In this document: piece by piece, positions 1-9,533 of the stretch | Numbering within the stretch: the first letter of the stretch is position 1 | Layout of the letters: each line of letters starts with the position of its first letter | Source of the DNA: a virus | Lineage: Duplodnaviria > Heunggongvirae > Uroviricota > Caudoviricetes | Virus record (IMG/VR): IMGVR_UViG_3300046011_008537 | Reading direction: 5' to 3' (one strand) | Length of the DNA stretch: 64,000 nucleotides | The notes under the pieces: model-generated | The model's database searches: none | The model's input: the letters and a program-made list of their open reading frames with translations, nothing else | Told to the model about the DNA's origin: nothing | Position numbers and translations under genes: made by a program

Positions 1-494
1 TTGCACTAGGAGAAAATAGAAACCCAATACAAGCAACTATAGATAGAAATAGAGTTGTTAGGGATATTAGAGTTTCAAATACTTCATGGATAGATTTACA
101 AGAAGATTCAGTTTGGTTATATGATAGAATATGTGATATTGTATGTAAATTAAATTATCAATACTATAAATTTGATTTAAGCGGGTTTTATGAACATATG
201 CAATTTACTATATATGAAGGTAATGAATTAGGGCATTATGATTGGCATTTAGACAATAATTTAAATTCAGATTCTCCGCCAAGAAAATTATCTTTTGTTT
301 TACAATTATCAGATCCAAACGATTATGAAGGCGGCGATTTACAATTAATGCATTCAACAAATCCCGTAACTGTAAAAAAAGAAAAAGGGTTAGTAGTTGT
401 TTTTCCAAGTTTTACTTTACATAGAGTGACTCCAGTAACAAAAGGAATTAGAAAAACCTTAGTTGTTTGGGTGACTGGACCATCATTTAGATAA
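1..494 (+). CDS. Fe(II)/2OG-dependent oxygenase, PKHD/YbiX-like; 5' end truncated by window edge. Frame is open from nt 3.
   Basis: Open frame continues upstream of the ATG at 198 to the window start. Motifs HYDWHLD (HxD), distal His in FTLHRV, GGDL. C-terminal pattern resembles PKHD-type hydroxylases. Confidence 0.55.
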   Translation, partial: ALGENRNPIQATIDRNRVVRDIRVSNTSWIDLQEDSVWLYDRICDIVCKLNYQYYKFDLSGFYEHMQFTIYEGNELGHYDWHLDNNLNSDSPPRKLSFVLQLSDPNDYEGGDLQLMHSTNPVTVKKEKGLVVVFPSFTLHRVTPVTKGIRKTLVVWVTGPSFR

Positions 495-507
495 AGAGAT
501 TTATATT

Positions 508-1188
508 ATGAAAAAACCAAAAATATCCAGAAGAAGAAATACACATCAATATAAAAAAACTAATCAAATAGAATTAGAAACTTTTTTATATTTCCCGACA
601 GCGATTCATGCAACAAATCTTCCTGAGTTTTTGGATGTAGCCAATAAAGTATCTAAAGAGTTTCTAGGAAAACAAAAAGAAGAAATTAATGATGTTTATC
701 CTGTTCGTATGACTGGTCAGATATATAATGACGAAAGATTATCTGAATTATGCGATGCAATATTAGATCTTGGATGGAATGTTTTAGATCAACAAGGTTA
801 TGATATGCAACATTTTAGAGTTATATTAACCGAAATGTGGGTTCAACAACACCACAAATACTCTTTAATGGAGCATCATGTACATGGAGGAGATCAACTT
901 GTTGGATTTTATTTTCTTAAAGCGCCAAAAAATGGTTCAAAACCTATTTTTTATGACCCAAGACCAGCAAAAGTAATTACAGATTTACCATTAAAACCTT
1001 CAGCAGAAATTAATGCAGCAACAAATATTATAAATTTTGATGCAACTCCAGGAAGAATGTTTATCACAAATTCATTTCTTCCGCATTCGTTTTCAAAAAA
1101 CGCTTCTAATGAACCAACTGAATTTATACATTTTAATTTAAAGGTAGTTCCATATTTTAAAGAAACTTCTAATGTAGAAATTGTATGA
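508..1188 (+). CDS. cupin / putative 2OG-Fe(II) oxygenase-like protein (cyanophage-type conserved hypothetical)
   Basis: 226 aa. His cluster MEHHVHGGDQLVGFYFL and distal FLPHSF suggest a double-stranded beta-helix metal site. Pattern resembles marine phage conserved oxygenase-like proteins. Confidence 0.35.
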   Translation: MKKPKISRRRNTHQYKKTNQIELETFLYFPTAIHATNLPEFLDVANKVSKEFLGKQKEEINDVYPVRMTGQIYNDERLSELCDAILDLGWNVLDQQGYDMQHFRVILTEMWVQQHHKYSLMEHHVHGGDQLVGFYFLKAPKNGSKPIFYDPRPAKVITDLPLKPSAEINAATNIINFDATPGRMFITNSFLPHSFSKNASNEPTEFIHFNLKVVPYFKETSNVEIV

Positions 1189-1409
1189 AATATCTTATAA
1201 GATTTAATAAAACTAGAGGTAAACCAAATAGAGGTACAATGGAACACGTTTGGCGAGTGTTTGAGGAAGAAAAAGAATATCTTGTTAAACATGTTGAAAT
1301 TAATGTCCCATCATTTAGCGAAAGAACAGGCGAAGAATGGAATATTGCATGCGAAGGAATATTGACTTTAGATAGAGAAACGTCAACTGCAATTATAAAT
1401 ACAGAATAA
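1185..1409 (+). CDS. hypothetical protein
   Basis: 74-aa ORF, 4-nt overlap with upstream gene. No recognisable motif. Confidence 0.3.
   Translation: MKYLIRFNKTRGKPNRGTMEHVWRVFEEEKEYLVKHVEINVPSFSERTGEEWNIACEGILTLDRETSTAIINTE
1394..1401 (+). promoter_or_regulatory. T4-type late promoter box TATAAATA (first of two upstream of neck gene 13)
   Basis: Exact TATAAATA. Confidence 0.4.
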
Positions 1410-1427
1410 CCTTTTTACCGTCTCTGT

Positions 1428-1435
1428 TATAAATA
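1428..1435 (+). promoter_or_regulatory. T4-type late promoter TATAAATA upstream of gene 13
   Basis: Exact TATAAATA about 28 nt upstream of the ATG at 1464. RBS AAGGAG at 1452. Confidence 0.55.
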
Positions 1436-1463
1436 ATATAATACTACATATAAGGAGTTTTAA

Positions 1464-2210
1464 ATGGCTCAAGTTACAACAAGAGACGAATTAAAAGATT
1501 ATGCTCTAAGAAGATTAGGTGCTCCAGTTATCACTATCAATGTTGATGACGAACAATTAGAAGATAGAATTGATGATGCGATTCAATTCTATCAAGATTA
1601 TCATTATGATGCTACAGAATCTTTTTTCTGGAAGCACGAAATCACCCAACAAGACGTTGATCAAAAATATTTTACTATTGATCCGGGAATTTTAGGTATT
1701 ACTAGAATTTTTGCGTTAAATGAAACTATTACTAAAAATAATATGTTTGATTTAAGATATCAACTTCGTCTTCATGAATTATACGATTTTACATCAACAT
1801 CATATACTAATTTCTCCATTACAATGCAACATCTCCAAAATTTAAGTGAAATGTTTACTGGGGAAGTTCCAATTAGATTTCAACGTCATACTGGAAGATT
1901 ATATGTAGATTGGGGATGGGGTTCATCACAGATTCCAGTTGGGTCAATGGTTGTTGCTGAAGGATATAAAGCAATTGACCCAGAAACTTTTGAAAGCGTT
2001 TATAATGACCGTTGGCTAAAAGAATATGTTACCGCATTGTTTAAACGTCAATGGGGCGATAATATGAAAAAGTTTGGCGGTATTCAGCTTCCAGGTGGAT
2101 TAACTTTAAATGGTAAAGAAACTTTTGATGAAGCAATATCAGATATACAAAGATTAGAAAATGAAATGCAAGATAGATATGAATTGCCAGTTCAATTTTT
2201 AGTTGGATAA
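1464..2210 (+). CDS. 13: neck protein gp13-like
   Basis: Position in the conserved 13-14-15-16-17 block; late promoter and RBS AAGGAG. N-terminus ELKDYALRRLGAPVI resembles T4 gp13. Confidence 0.55.
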   Translation: MAQVTTRDELKDYALRRLGAPVITINVDDEQLEDRIDDAIQFYQDYHYDATESFFWKHEITQQDVDQKYFTIDPGILGITRIFALNETITKNNMFDLRYQLRLHELYDFTSTSYTNFSITMQHLQNLSEMFTGEVPIRFQRHTGRLYVDWGWGSSQIPVGSMVVAEGYKAIDPETFESVYNDRWLKEYVTALFKRQWGDNMKKFGGIQLPGGLTLNGKETFDEAISDIQRLENEMQDRYELPVQFLVG

Positions 2211-2215
2211 TTATT

Positions 2216-3082
2216 ATGCCAAGTAAATATTTTCAAAATTATGGTAAAGCAGCAGTCGAGATAAATTTAATCGAGGATCTCTACAACGAGGCGATAAACA
2301 TTCAAGGCTTCAGTGGGTACTATATTCCAAATTCGAACGTTGAAGGACGAGATTTAATCTATGGAGACGATCCTTTAAAGCAGTTTGACGACGCATATAA
2401 AATGGATATGTATTTGGTTAATACAATGGATTATGGAGACGAACAAGACTTTTTCTCGAAATTTGGATTAGAAGTAAGAAATCAAACTAAAATTCAAATA
2501 TCGTTTCGTGAATTTATGAAACGAACAACTAAACAGTTTGAACGCCCAATAGAAGGTAATTTAATTTTTATACCGTTTTTTAAAGATTCTGGAGAATTAT
2601 TTGAAATTAAATTTGTAAATACATCCAAAGATTTATATACTTTAGGTAGAGTTAGACCTTTCTATTATGAATTATCTCTTGAACCATTTAAATATAATGA
2701 CGAAAGTTTGGATACTGGTATTGATTCTATTGATATGATTGAGGTTCTTGAAGCATATAAAACTATTTTAGATGTTGGAGCGGGTACTGGTAATTATACT
2801 ATTGGAGAAATAATTTATCAAGGTAATGCTAATAATAAAGTTGCTTATGGTGAAGTTACTGCATGGGATAGCGCAAACTCTATTGTAACTATAATGAATA
2901 ATAGTGGAGAATTTTCTAATACAGCAGGATATATTTATGGCGCCAATAGTAATGCACAATATTTATTAACAACTATTGATGCTAGAGTTCATGAATCTCA
3001 ATTTGATAATATACCTATTTTCGATGAAGTCGTTGATTTTATTGATACTTCTGAAGGTTTTGGTAGTTTAAAATACAAATAA
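2216..3082 (+). CDS. 14: neck protein gp14-like
   Basis: Synteny between 13 and 15; 288 aa. Confidence 0.5.
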   Translation: MPSKYFQNYGKAAVEINLIEDLYNEAINIQGFSGYYIPNSNVEGRDLIYGDDPLKQFDDAYKMDMYLVNTMDYGDEQDFFSKFGLEVRNQTKIQISFREFMKRTTKQFERPIEGNLIFIPFFKDSGELFEIKFVNTSKDLYTLGRVRPFYYELSLEPFKYNDESLDTGIDSIDMIEVLEAYKTILDVGAGTGNYTIGEIIYQGNANNKVAYGEVTAWDSANSIVTIMNNSGEFSNTAGYIYGANSNAQYLLTTIDARVHESQFDNIPIFDEVVDFIDTSEGFGSLKYK

Positions 3083-3094
3083 GGTAAAAAAGAT

Positions 3095-4054
3095 ATGAGT
3101 TCATATAGATTACAATCAATAAGAAAAACTACTATAGCATTTGCTAGTCTATTTAAAGACATTCCATTAATAAAATATGACGATCAAGGGCGCGAATCAG
3201 AAAGAATAATTGTTCCAATTATTTATGGCGATAAAGAAAAATATGTAAAACGGTTAGACATTTCGCATGAAAAAGTACAAATAACATTACCTAGAATTGA
3301 ATATGGTTTAACATCAATGGTTTATGATGTAGATCGTAAATTAAATTCAGCAAATAAATTAATGGGTTGTGCTGCAGCTGGAGATATGTATATTAATTCT
3401 CCAATTCCATATAATTTTAATTTAGAGTTAGTGTTATATACTAGAAATATTGAAGATGCCAATCAAATAATGGAGTATATTTTATCGCATTTTACTCCAG
3501 ATTATAATATAAAAATTGTTATGGTTCCAGAAGCAGGTATCGTCAAAACTATACCAATAACATATAACGGCGAATCTGAAGAAGAAGATTCCACTGGATC
3601 GTACGATTCTCCAGTTAGGTCTGTGTTTAGAACATTAACATTTACTGCCAGAAGTTTTATTTACCAACCTCCATTAGAATATAAACCAATTTTACAAGCA
3701 AATACATTTGTTTATATACCAAGCCCAATTATGAGTTATACGTTAACTGATGGAACTGGATACTTTACGAAAGGAGAAAGCGTATTCCAGGGTTATTCTT
3801 ATGATAGAGCTTCAGCAAGAGGAAGTGTTGTAACTTGGAATGCTAATAACTTGATATTAACTCTTGATACTGTTGTTGGAACATTCGTTGCCAACTCAAT
3901 TATAACTAATTTAACTGGATCGGCTCAGTATATTATTGCTGAAACTCCAAATAAAGGATTAGCTTATGATACTGGCGTTACGCCAACTCCAAACACATTC
4001 CCAGTTGTTGGACCATATACAGTAAATCAATCTAACTTGGATTATACAACGTAA
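3095..4054 (+). CDS. 15: tail sheath stabiliser / tail completion gp15-like
   Basis: Synteny immediately upstream of the terminase small subunit; 319 aa. Confidence 0.5.
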   Translation: MSSYRLQSIRKTTIAFASLFKDIPLIKYDDQGRESERIIVPIIYGDKEKYVKRLDISHEKVQITLPRIEYGLTSMVYDVDRKLNSANKLMGCAAAGDMYINSPIPYNFNLELVLYTRNIEDANQIMEYILSHFTPDYNIKIVMVPEAGIVKTIPITYNGESEEEDSTGSYDSPVRSVFRTLTFTARSFIYQPPLEYKPILQANTFVYIPSPIMSYTLTDGTGYFTKGESVFQGYSYDRASARGSVVTWNANNLILTLDTVVGTFVANSIITNLTGSAQYIIAETPNKGLAYDTGVTPTPNTFPVVGPYTVNQSNLDYTT

Positions 4055-4056
4055 TT

Positions 4057-4494
4057 ATGACATCTAAATTTAATAAAACAATGGAGGAAATATTTAATGT
4101 TCCTTCATTGGTGAACGAAGAAGAAACTGAATTTGCAGAATTTTTACCTGCAGAACAATCAACTCATGATTTATCTACTTTATTAGATCACGATTTAAAA
4201 ACTGATTATGAAAAAACTAGAGAAAGTATTGATTCGTTAATTGCAAAAGGAACTGAAGCTATTGATGATATGTTGGCAATTGCTAGGCAATCAGAAAAAG
4301 CTCGCGATTTTGAAGTTGCTGGCAATATGATAAAAACTGTTGTTGATGCATCAAAAGAATTACTTGAAGTTCAAAAGAAAATGCGCGATATTACAGGTAA
4401 AAAAGAAAACGTCACTCAAAATATTAAAAATGCAGTTTTTGTTGGTTCTACTAAAGATTTAATACGATCTATTAAAAACGAGAATAATGAATGA
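4057..4494 (+). CDS. 16: terminase small subunit gp16
   Basis: 145 aa. C-terminal segment IKNAVFVGSTKDLIRSI resembles T4 gp16 IQNATVFMGSPTELMDEI. 4-nt overlap with gene 17. Confidence 0.7.
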   Translation: MTSKFNKTMEEIFNVPSLVNEEETEFAEFLPAEQSTHDLSTLLDHDLKTDYEKTRESIDSLIAKGTEAIDDMLAIARQSEKARDFEVAGNMIKTVVDASKELLEVQKKMRDITGKKENVTQNIKNAVFVGSTKDLIRSIKNENNE

Positions 4495-5399
4495 TTGATT
4501 TTGAGGGTAGCAATAAGTTATATTATAGAGATAATCCTAATCTAAGAAGAGCGGGTATTGAAAATTGGGAATTCGATCAACATCAAACAGATGAACTTAG
4601 AAAATGTATTAATGACCCAATATACTTTATTCGTAATTATGTAAAAATTATTAATCTTGATGAAGGTCTTGTCTATTTTGATATGCACGACTATCAAGAA
4701 GAAATGGTTCAAGCATTTCATGAAAATAGATTTTCTATTGTAAGGATTGGCCGGCAATCAGGTAAAACCACAACATCTGTTGGTTATCTTTTATGGTTAT
4801 CATTATTTACCGAAAATTATAATATTGCTATTACAGCTAATAAAAAATCATTAGCTGTTGAGATTCTTTCTCGATATCAATTAGCCTATGAAAATTTACC
4901 TATGTGGTTACAACAAGGTATTGTTATATGGAATAAAGGTAGTATTGAGTTAGAAAATGGTTCAAAAATGTTAGCAGCTTCTACTGCTGCTAGTTCCGTT
5001 CGTGGTGGATCATTTAATCTTGTATTTATGGACGAATTTGCTCACGTTCATAATAACTTAGCCGAAGAATTTTTTACTTCAACATATCCTGTAATTTCCT
5101 CAGGTAAAACAACAAAAATTATTATTGTATCTACTCCTCGTGGTATGAATTTATACTACAAAATGTGGATGGATGCAGTAAGTAAAAAGAGTGATTATAA
5201 AGCTGTTGATATTCATTGGTCTAGAGTTCCAGGGCGCGATGAAAACTGGAAAGAAACTACGATTAGAAATACTTCTGCTCGTCAGTTTAACCAAGAATTT
5301 GCATGCGTTACTGGGGATACAATAGTTGAAATACAGGATGAATTTGGTAATGAACAAAAAATTACAATGCGTAAATTACATTCGCTTATGAATTCCTAA
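4491..5399 (+). CDS. 17: terminase large subunit N-terminal fragment (ATPase domain, about 271 aa) fused to a short split-intein N-fragment (about 31 aa)
   Basis: Walker A GRQSGKTT and T4 gp17-like N-terminus. Ends with CVTGDTIVEIQDEFGNEQKITMRKLHSLMNS then stop; CVTGDT is a canonical intein block A at a Cys +1 junction. Confidence 0.85.
   Translation: MIDFEGSNKLYYRDNPNLRRAGIENWEFDQHQTDELRKCINDPIYFIRNYVKIINLDEGLVYFDMHDYQEEMVQAFHENRFSIVRIGRQSGKTTTSVGYLLWLSLFTENYNIAITANKKSLAVEILSRYQLAYENLPMWLQQGIVIWNKGSIELENGSKMLAASTAASSVRGGSFNLVFMDEFAHVHNNLAEEFFTSTYPVISSGKTTKIIIVSTPRGMNLYYKMWMDAVSKKSDYKAVDIHWSRVPGRDENWKETTIRNTSARQFNQEFACVTGDTIVEIQDEFGNEQKITMRKLHSLMNS
5304..5396 (+). mobile_element. split-intein N-terminal fragment (IntN, 31 codons) at the C-terminus of TerL-N
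   Basis: Cys codon at 5304. Block A motif C-V-T-G-D-T-I-V. Stop codon at 5397-5399. Confidence 0.75.
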
Positions 5400-5412
5400 G
5401 AATTCATAATAT

Positions 5413-5420
5413 TATAAATA
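5413..5420 (+). promoter_or_regulatory. late promoter TATAAATA upstream of the HNH gene inside the fractured terminase gene
   Basis: Exact TATAAATA. RBS TAGGAG at 5433-5438. Confidence 0.5.
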
Positions 5421-5446
5421 ATTATATTTATAATAGGAGCATATTT

Positions 5447-6043
5447 ATGTCAAAACATAGAAAAATATGGGAAGAGCATTATGGTAGTATTCCAAAAGAT
5501 TATGAAGGAAGAACATATGAAATACACCATATAGACGGTAATAGGAATAATAATGATATTACCAATTTGAAATGCGTATCAATATGCGAGCATTTTAATA
5601 TTCATCAAGCGCAAGAGGAATTCGGAGCTTGCGCTATGATAATGAAACGTATGGATATGTCAACAGAACAAATTTCTAATATACAAAAAGGAATTAAAAG
5701 ACCTGGAATTGGAGGAGTAAAAAAAGGAACTATTCCATGGAATAAAGGTAAAAAAATATTTGTTTCTGAAGATTTAAAAATAAAACGTTCTAAAAATAGC
5801 ACTGGGGAATTAAATTCTAAAGCAAAATTAAAAGAAAACCAAGTTATAGAAATATTAGAATTATATTTTAGTAGACCAAAATTAGAGTCAGAAGGAATAA
5901 CACAAAGAAACGGTAGAGTTGATTCATATGAATGGAGTTTTTCTAAGTTTTATGCAAATACTTATGAATTAACTCCAGCAGCTTTAATGCGATTATTAAC
6001 CAAAAAAAGTTGGAAACATGTTTGGGAAAAATACAAAATATAA
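5447..6043 (+). CDS. free-standing HNH homing endonuclease between the two terminase halves
   Basis: HNH motif EIHHIDGNRNNNDITNL...CVSICEHFNIH. Different frame from both terminase halves. Overlaps start of the IntC ORF. Confidence 0.8.
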   Translation: MSKHRKIWEEHYGSIPKDYEGRTYEIHHIDGNRNNNDITNLKCVSICEHFNIHQAQEEFGACAMIMKRMDMSTEQISNIQKGIKRPGIGGVKKGTIPWNKGKKIFVSEDLKIKRSKNSTGELNSKAKLKENQVIEILELYFSRPKLESEGITQRNGRVDSYEWSFSKFYANTYELTPAALMRLLTKKSWKHVWEKYKI

Positions 6044-6344
6044 AATAAAAACTATAAATGGATGGGAAAAGTTTAGAGGTGTAAATAAATTACATAAAAA
6101 ACGAACCGTTCAGATTATAACACAAAATAACTGTTTTCTTGATTGTACTATAGATCATAAAATAAAAACTCTTGATGGTTATAAAGAAATTAGCGAATTA
6201 TCTGATTTAGATTTTATAGAGACTATTCATGGATTTTCTAAAATTGATTTTATTTCTGAAAATTTTGAATTAGAAGAAGTTTTTGATGTCATAGATGCGG
6301 GAAACGATAAATGTTATTATACTAATGGAATTTTATCGCATAAT
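6018..6344 (+). mobile_element. split-intein C-terminal fragment (IntC)
   Basis: Terminal HN followed by Cys. Long IntC with short IntN makes an atypical split intein. Confidence 0.75.
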
Positions 6345-7247
6345 TGCGAATTTTTAGGTTCTACAAATACATTAATCGATGGATCAAAATTACAAACTCT
6401 TGTTGCAGTAGATCCATTAGATACTGATGATGAAATATTTGCTGGAATAACAATTCCAAATGAAATGGATGTATTTATTCCTCCAGTTAAAGAATCATTT
6501 GATGATGAAACTAAAAAACAAATAGATAAAGACCATATCTATGCAATGACTGTTGACGTTTCAGAGGGGAAAAACTTAGATTATGCTGCATTTTCCATTT
6601 TTGATGTATCAACAATTCCATATACACAAGTAGCTACATATAGAAATAATCAATTACATCCAATGTTATTTCCAGATATTATTAAAATGGCTGGAGAATA
6701 TTATAATAATGCATATGTATTAATTGAGGTTAATAATAATCCAACAGTAGCAGATACTTTATTTCAAGATTTAGAATATGAAAATGTATTAAAAGTTTAT
6801 GCAGGAAACAAAAAAGCTCAACAAATAAGCGAGAACGGTAAAGCAACACAAAATGGCGTAAATATGAGTCCATTAGTCAAACGTGTTGGCTGTACCACAT
6901 TAAAGACTTTAATTGAAACTGATAAATTACGAATTAATTCCAGCGAAACTATATATGAATTAACTCGATTTATTGCAACAAATAACTCATTTGCAGCTGA
7001 AGAAGGAGCTAATGATGATTTAGCGATGACTTTGGTTATTTTTGCTTGGTTATCAACTCAAAAATTATTTATAGAATTATCTTCTACAGATATCCGTAAA
7101 AGATTACAAATAGAAAATAATTATATTAAAGAAGATGATATTGACGTTCCACCTATGCCGCAATTTAGTAATCCATTAATGGATAGATTTACATTAGAAG
7201 ATGGTGATTTATGGGAAGTTGTTGAACCAGCAGGATTTTATTATTAA
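6018..7247 (+). CDS. 17: split-intein C-fragment (about 109 aa) fused to terminase large subunit C-terminal fragment (nuclease domain, 300 aa)
   Basis: Hint blocks: B-like TIDHKIKTLDG, F/G block VIDAGNDKCYYTNGILSHN immediately followed by Cys (C-extein +1 at nt 6345). Same reading frame as TerL-N. Confidence 0.85.
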   Translation: MFGKNTKYKIKTINGWEKFRGVNKLHKKRTVQIITQNNCFLDCTIDHKIKTLDGYKEISELSDLDFIETIHGFSKIDFISENFELEEVFDVIDAGNDKCYYTNGILSHNCEFLGSTNTLIDGSKLQTLVAVDPLDTDDEIFAGITIPNEMDVFIPPVKESFDDETKKQIDKDHIYAMTVDVSEGKNLDYAAFSIFDVSTIPYTQVATYRNNQLHPMLFPDIIKMAGEYYNNAYVLIEVNNNPTVADTLFQDLEYENVLKVYAGNKKAQQISENGKATQNGVNMSPLVKRVGCTTLKTLIETDKLRINSSETIYELTRFIATNNSFAAEEGANDDLAMTLVIFAWLSTQKLFIELSSTDIRKRLQIENNYIKEDDIDVPPMPQFSNPLMDRFTLEDGDLWEVVEPAGFYY

Positions 7248-7264
7248 ACATAAACGCTGAAAAT

Positions 7265-7272
7265 TATAAATA
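7265..7272 (+). promoter_or_regulatory. late promoter TATAAATA upstream of gene 18
   Basis: Exact TATAAATA. RBS AAGGAG at 7306. Confidence 0.55.
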
Positions 7273-7319
7273 CCTCTATGAAAACTGATTTTCTATTTTT
7301 ATAACAAGGAGTACAATTT

Positions 7320-9440
7320 ATGGGGTTTCAATTATCACCTGGAGTAAATGTATCAGAAATTGATTTAACTAACGTAGTTCCAGGAGTTAGTTCATCAATA
7401 GGAGCATTTGCCGGACAATTTAGCTGGGGACCAGCAGGTATCAGAACATTAGTAGATTCAGAAAATAGATTAGTTTCTACTTTCGGCAAACCTACAAATG
7501 AAAATTACGCATCATTCTTTACTGCTGCTAATTTCTTAGCGTATACAAACAATCTTAGAGTTGTTAGAGCTATAGACAATTCTAATACATTTAACTCAAC
7601 ATGTATTTCAGAATTTATTAATTTAAATTCTTTAACTGCAAATACTCGTTCAGGGAATACAGAAGTAGTATTTAACCAAAGCATTGGATCTTATTTGAGT
7701 AGCGGAGATAAATTTACATTAACTACAGTTGACGGTCCATTTATTTTGACTGCAAATACAGTTAACGGAAATGTCGTAAATGTTGTTGCTAATATCGTTG
7801 GAGCAGCAAATGGAGCAATTGCAGTTTTACCTACGTCTCAAACAGATGTAAGTATTGCAAACGAAGAAGATTATGAATTAAATTTTGATGCAGGAACATA
7901 TTCTAAATTTGGTGCATTTTTTGGCCGTTATCCAAGCGATTTAGGGAACTCATTAAGTATTTCTGTATGTTCTTCTAATACCTCATTTAGTCAAACAGGA
8001 TTAACTGCAAATACAACATTAGGCTTGCCATCTGTAACATTAAACGTTGGATATGCTAATACATTCTTGACTATTGGCGATATAGTAAAAGTTGGAGGAA
8101 CCGATTATCCTATTTCTGGATTTACTTCTACTTCTGCGACAAATACAGTTTTAGCAGTTTCTAAAAATGGAGCAGCAACTGCAACTAATATTACGGCATC
8201 AACAAGATGGGCGTATGCAGACCAATTTGACTCAAAACCTACTTCATCAGCATATGCTATTGATAGTAAAGGTGCGGAAAACGATGAATTACATATAATT
8301 GTAATTGATACTGATGGAAAAATTACAGGCGAAAAAGGAACTATATTAGAAAAATTTGCTCATGTATCAAAAGCGCAAGACGCTAAAACAGATGACGGCT
8401 CGCCAAGCTATTATGTAACTAAAATTTTAAATGAATCAAAATATATCTATGTTGCTAACCATTTAACTGGTTCGACAAATTGGGGTGATATGCTTGATAA
8501 TGGACTAGTTTACGATAAATTAACAAATTATTATCATAAATTGGGAAGAGGAACTAATGTTGCTCCATCTGCAGGAGATTTACAATTAGCATACGATAAA
8601 TTTAGTAATGCTGATGAAGTTGATATTTCTTTATTGTTATCTGGCGCTGCTGATGCTACTTTAGCTAATCATGTATTAGATATCGTAAATCAAAGAAGAG
8701 ATTGTGTTGCGTTTGTTTCTCCATTAAGAGCTGATGCGGTTGATTCAGTTAATTTAGATAACATTATTGAATATAGAAATGCATTAACTCCATCAACTTC
8801 TTATTCAGTATTTGATTCTGGATGGAAATATCAATTCGATAAATATAACAACAAATATCGTTATGTTCCATTAAATGGTGATACTGCGGGTTTATGTGCT
8901 AGAACTGATAATGTAAGAGATCCATGGTTTTCTCCTGCTGGATTTAATCGCGGTCAAATCTTAAATGCAATTAAATTGTCATGGAATCCAACTAAAGCTC
9001 AAAGAGATGAATTGTACAAAAATGGAATTAATCCAGTTGTTGCATTCCCAGGAGAAGGAATTATCCTTTATGGCGATAAAACAATGCAAATGAAACCATC
9101 TGCATTTGACAGAATTAATGTTCGTAGATTGTTTATTGTTCTTGAAAAAGCTATTGCAATTGCAGCAAAATACTCTCTATTTGAATTCAACGATTCGTTT
9201 ACAAGAGCGCAATTTATATCTATGGTTGAACCATTCTTAAGAGATGTAAAAGGACGTAGAGGTATCTATGATTTCTCGGTAATTTGCGATGAAACAAATA
9301 ATACTGCTGAAGTTATTGATACAAATAGATTCGTTGGTGATATTTACATTAAACCAGCTAGATCTATCAACTTTATCCAGTTGAATTTCGTAGCAGTTCG
9401 TACTGGTGTTGACTTTACTGAAATTGCAGGTAAATTCTAA
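7320..9440 (+). CDS. 18: tail sheath protein gp18
   Basis: 706 aa. Position and size; followed by tube protein gene. Confidence 0.85.
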   Translation: MGFQLSPGVNVSEIDLTNVVPGVSSSIGAFAGQFSWGPAGIRTLVDSENRLVSTFGKPTNENYASFFTAANFLAYTNNLRVVRAIDNSNTFNSTCISEFINLNSLTANTRSGNTEVVFNQSIGSYLSSGDKFTLTTVDGPFILTANTVNGNVVNVVANIVGAANGAIAVLPTSQTDVSIANEEDYELNFDAGTYSKFGAFFGRYPSDLGNSLSISVCSSNTSFSQTGLTANTTLGLPSVTLNVGYANTFLTIGDIVKVGGTDYPISGFTSTSATNTVLAVSKNGAATATNITASTRWAYADQFDSKPTSSAYAIDSKGAENDELHIIVIDTDGKITGEKGTILEKFAHVSKAQDAKTDDGSPSYYVTKILNESKYIYVANHLTGSTNWGDMLDNGLVYDKLTNYYHKLGRGTNVAPSAGDLQLAYDKFSNADEVDISLLLSGAADATLANHVLDIVNQRRDCVAFVSPLRADAVDSVNLDNIIEYRNALTPSTSYSVFDSGWKYQFDKYNNKYRYVPLNGDTAGLCARTDNVRDPWFSPAGFNRGQILNAIKLSWNPTKAQRDELYKNGINPVVAFPGEGIILYGDKTMQMKPSAFDRINVRRLFIVLEKAIAIAAKYSLFEFNDSFTRAQFISMVEPFLRDVKGRRGIYDFSVICDETNNTAEVIDTNRFVGDIYIKPARSINFIQLNFVAVRTGVDFTEIAGKF

Positions 9441-9452
9441 GTAACAGTTAGT

Positions 9453-9478
9453 TTGGTGACGGGGAGACTCGTCACCAA
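9453..9478 (+). terminator. stable hairpin (9-bp stem TTGGTGACG/CGTCACCAA) after gene 18 with no U-tract; attenuator or RNA-stabilising structure
   Basis: Perfect inverted repeat seen in sequence. Followed directly by late promoter. Confidence 0.45.
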
Positions 9479-9482
9479 CCAT

Positions 9483-9490
9483 TATAAATA
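9483..9490 (+). promoter_or_regulatory. late promoter TATAAATA upstream of gene 19
   Basis: Exact TATAAATA. RBS AAGGAG at 9520. Confidence 0.55.
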
Positions 9491-9533
9491 ATTAAAAGAA
9501 TATTTACGATTTTCAAATAAGGAGTATCCGAAC

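Noticed and set aside
5304-6344. Contiguous (cis-splicing) intein with an embedded HNH endonuclease domain in TerL
   Set aside because: An in-frame TAA at 5397-5399 and further stops separate the two Hint halves, and the HNH ORF is in a different frame with its own promoter and RBS. A split-intein fractured-gene arrangement fits better than a single intein or a group I intron.
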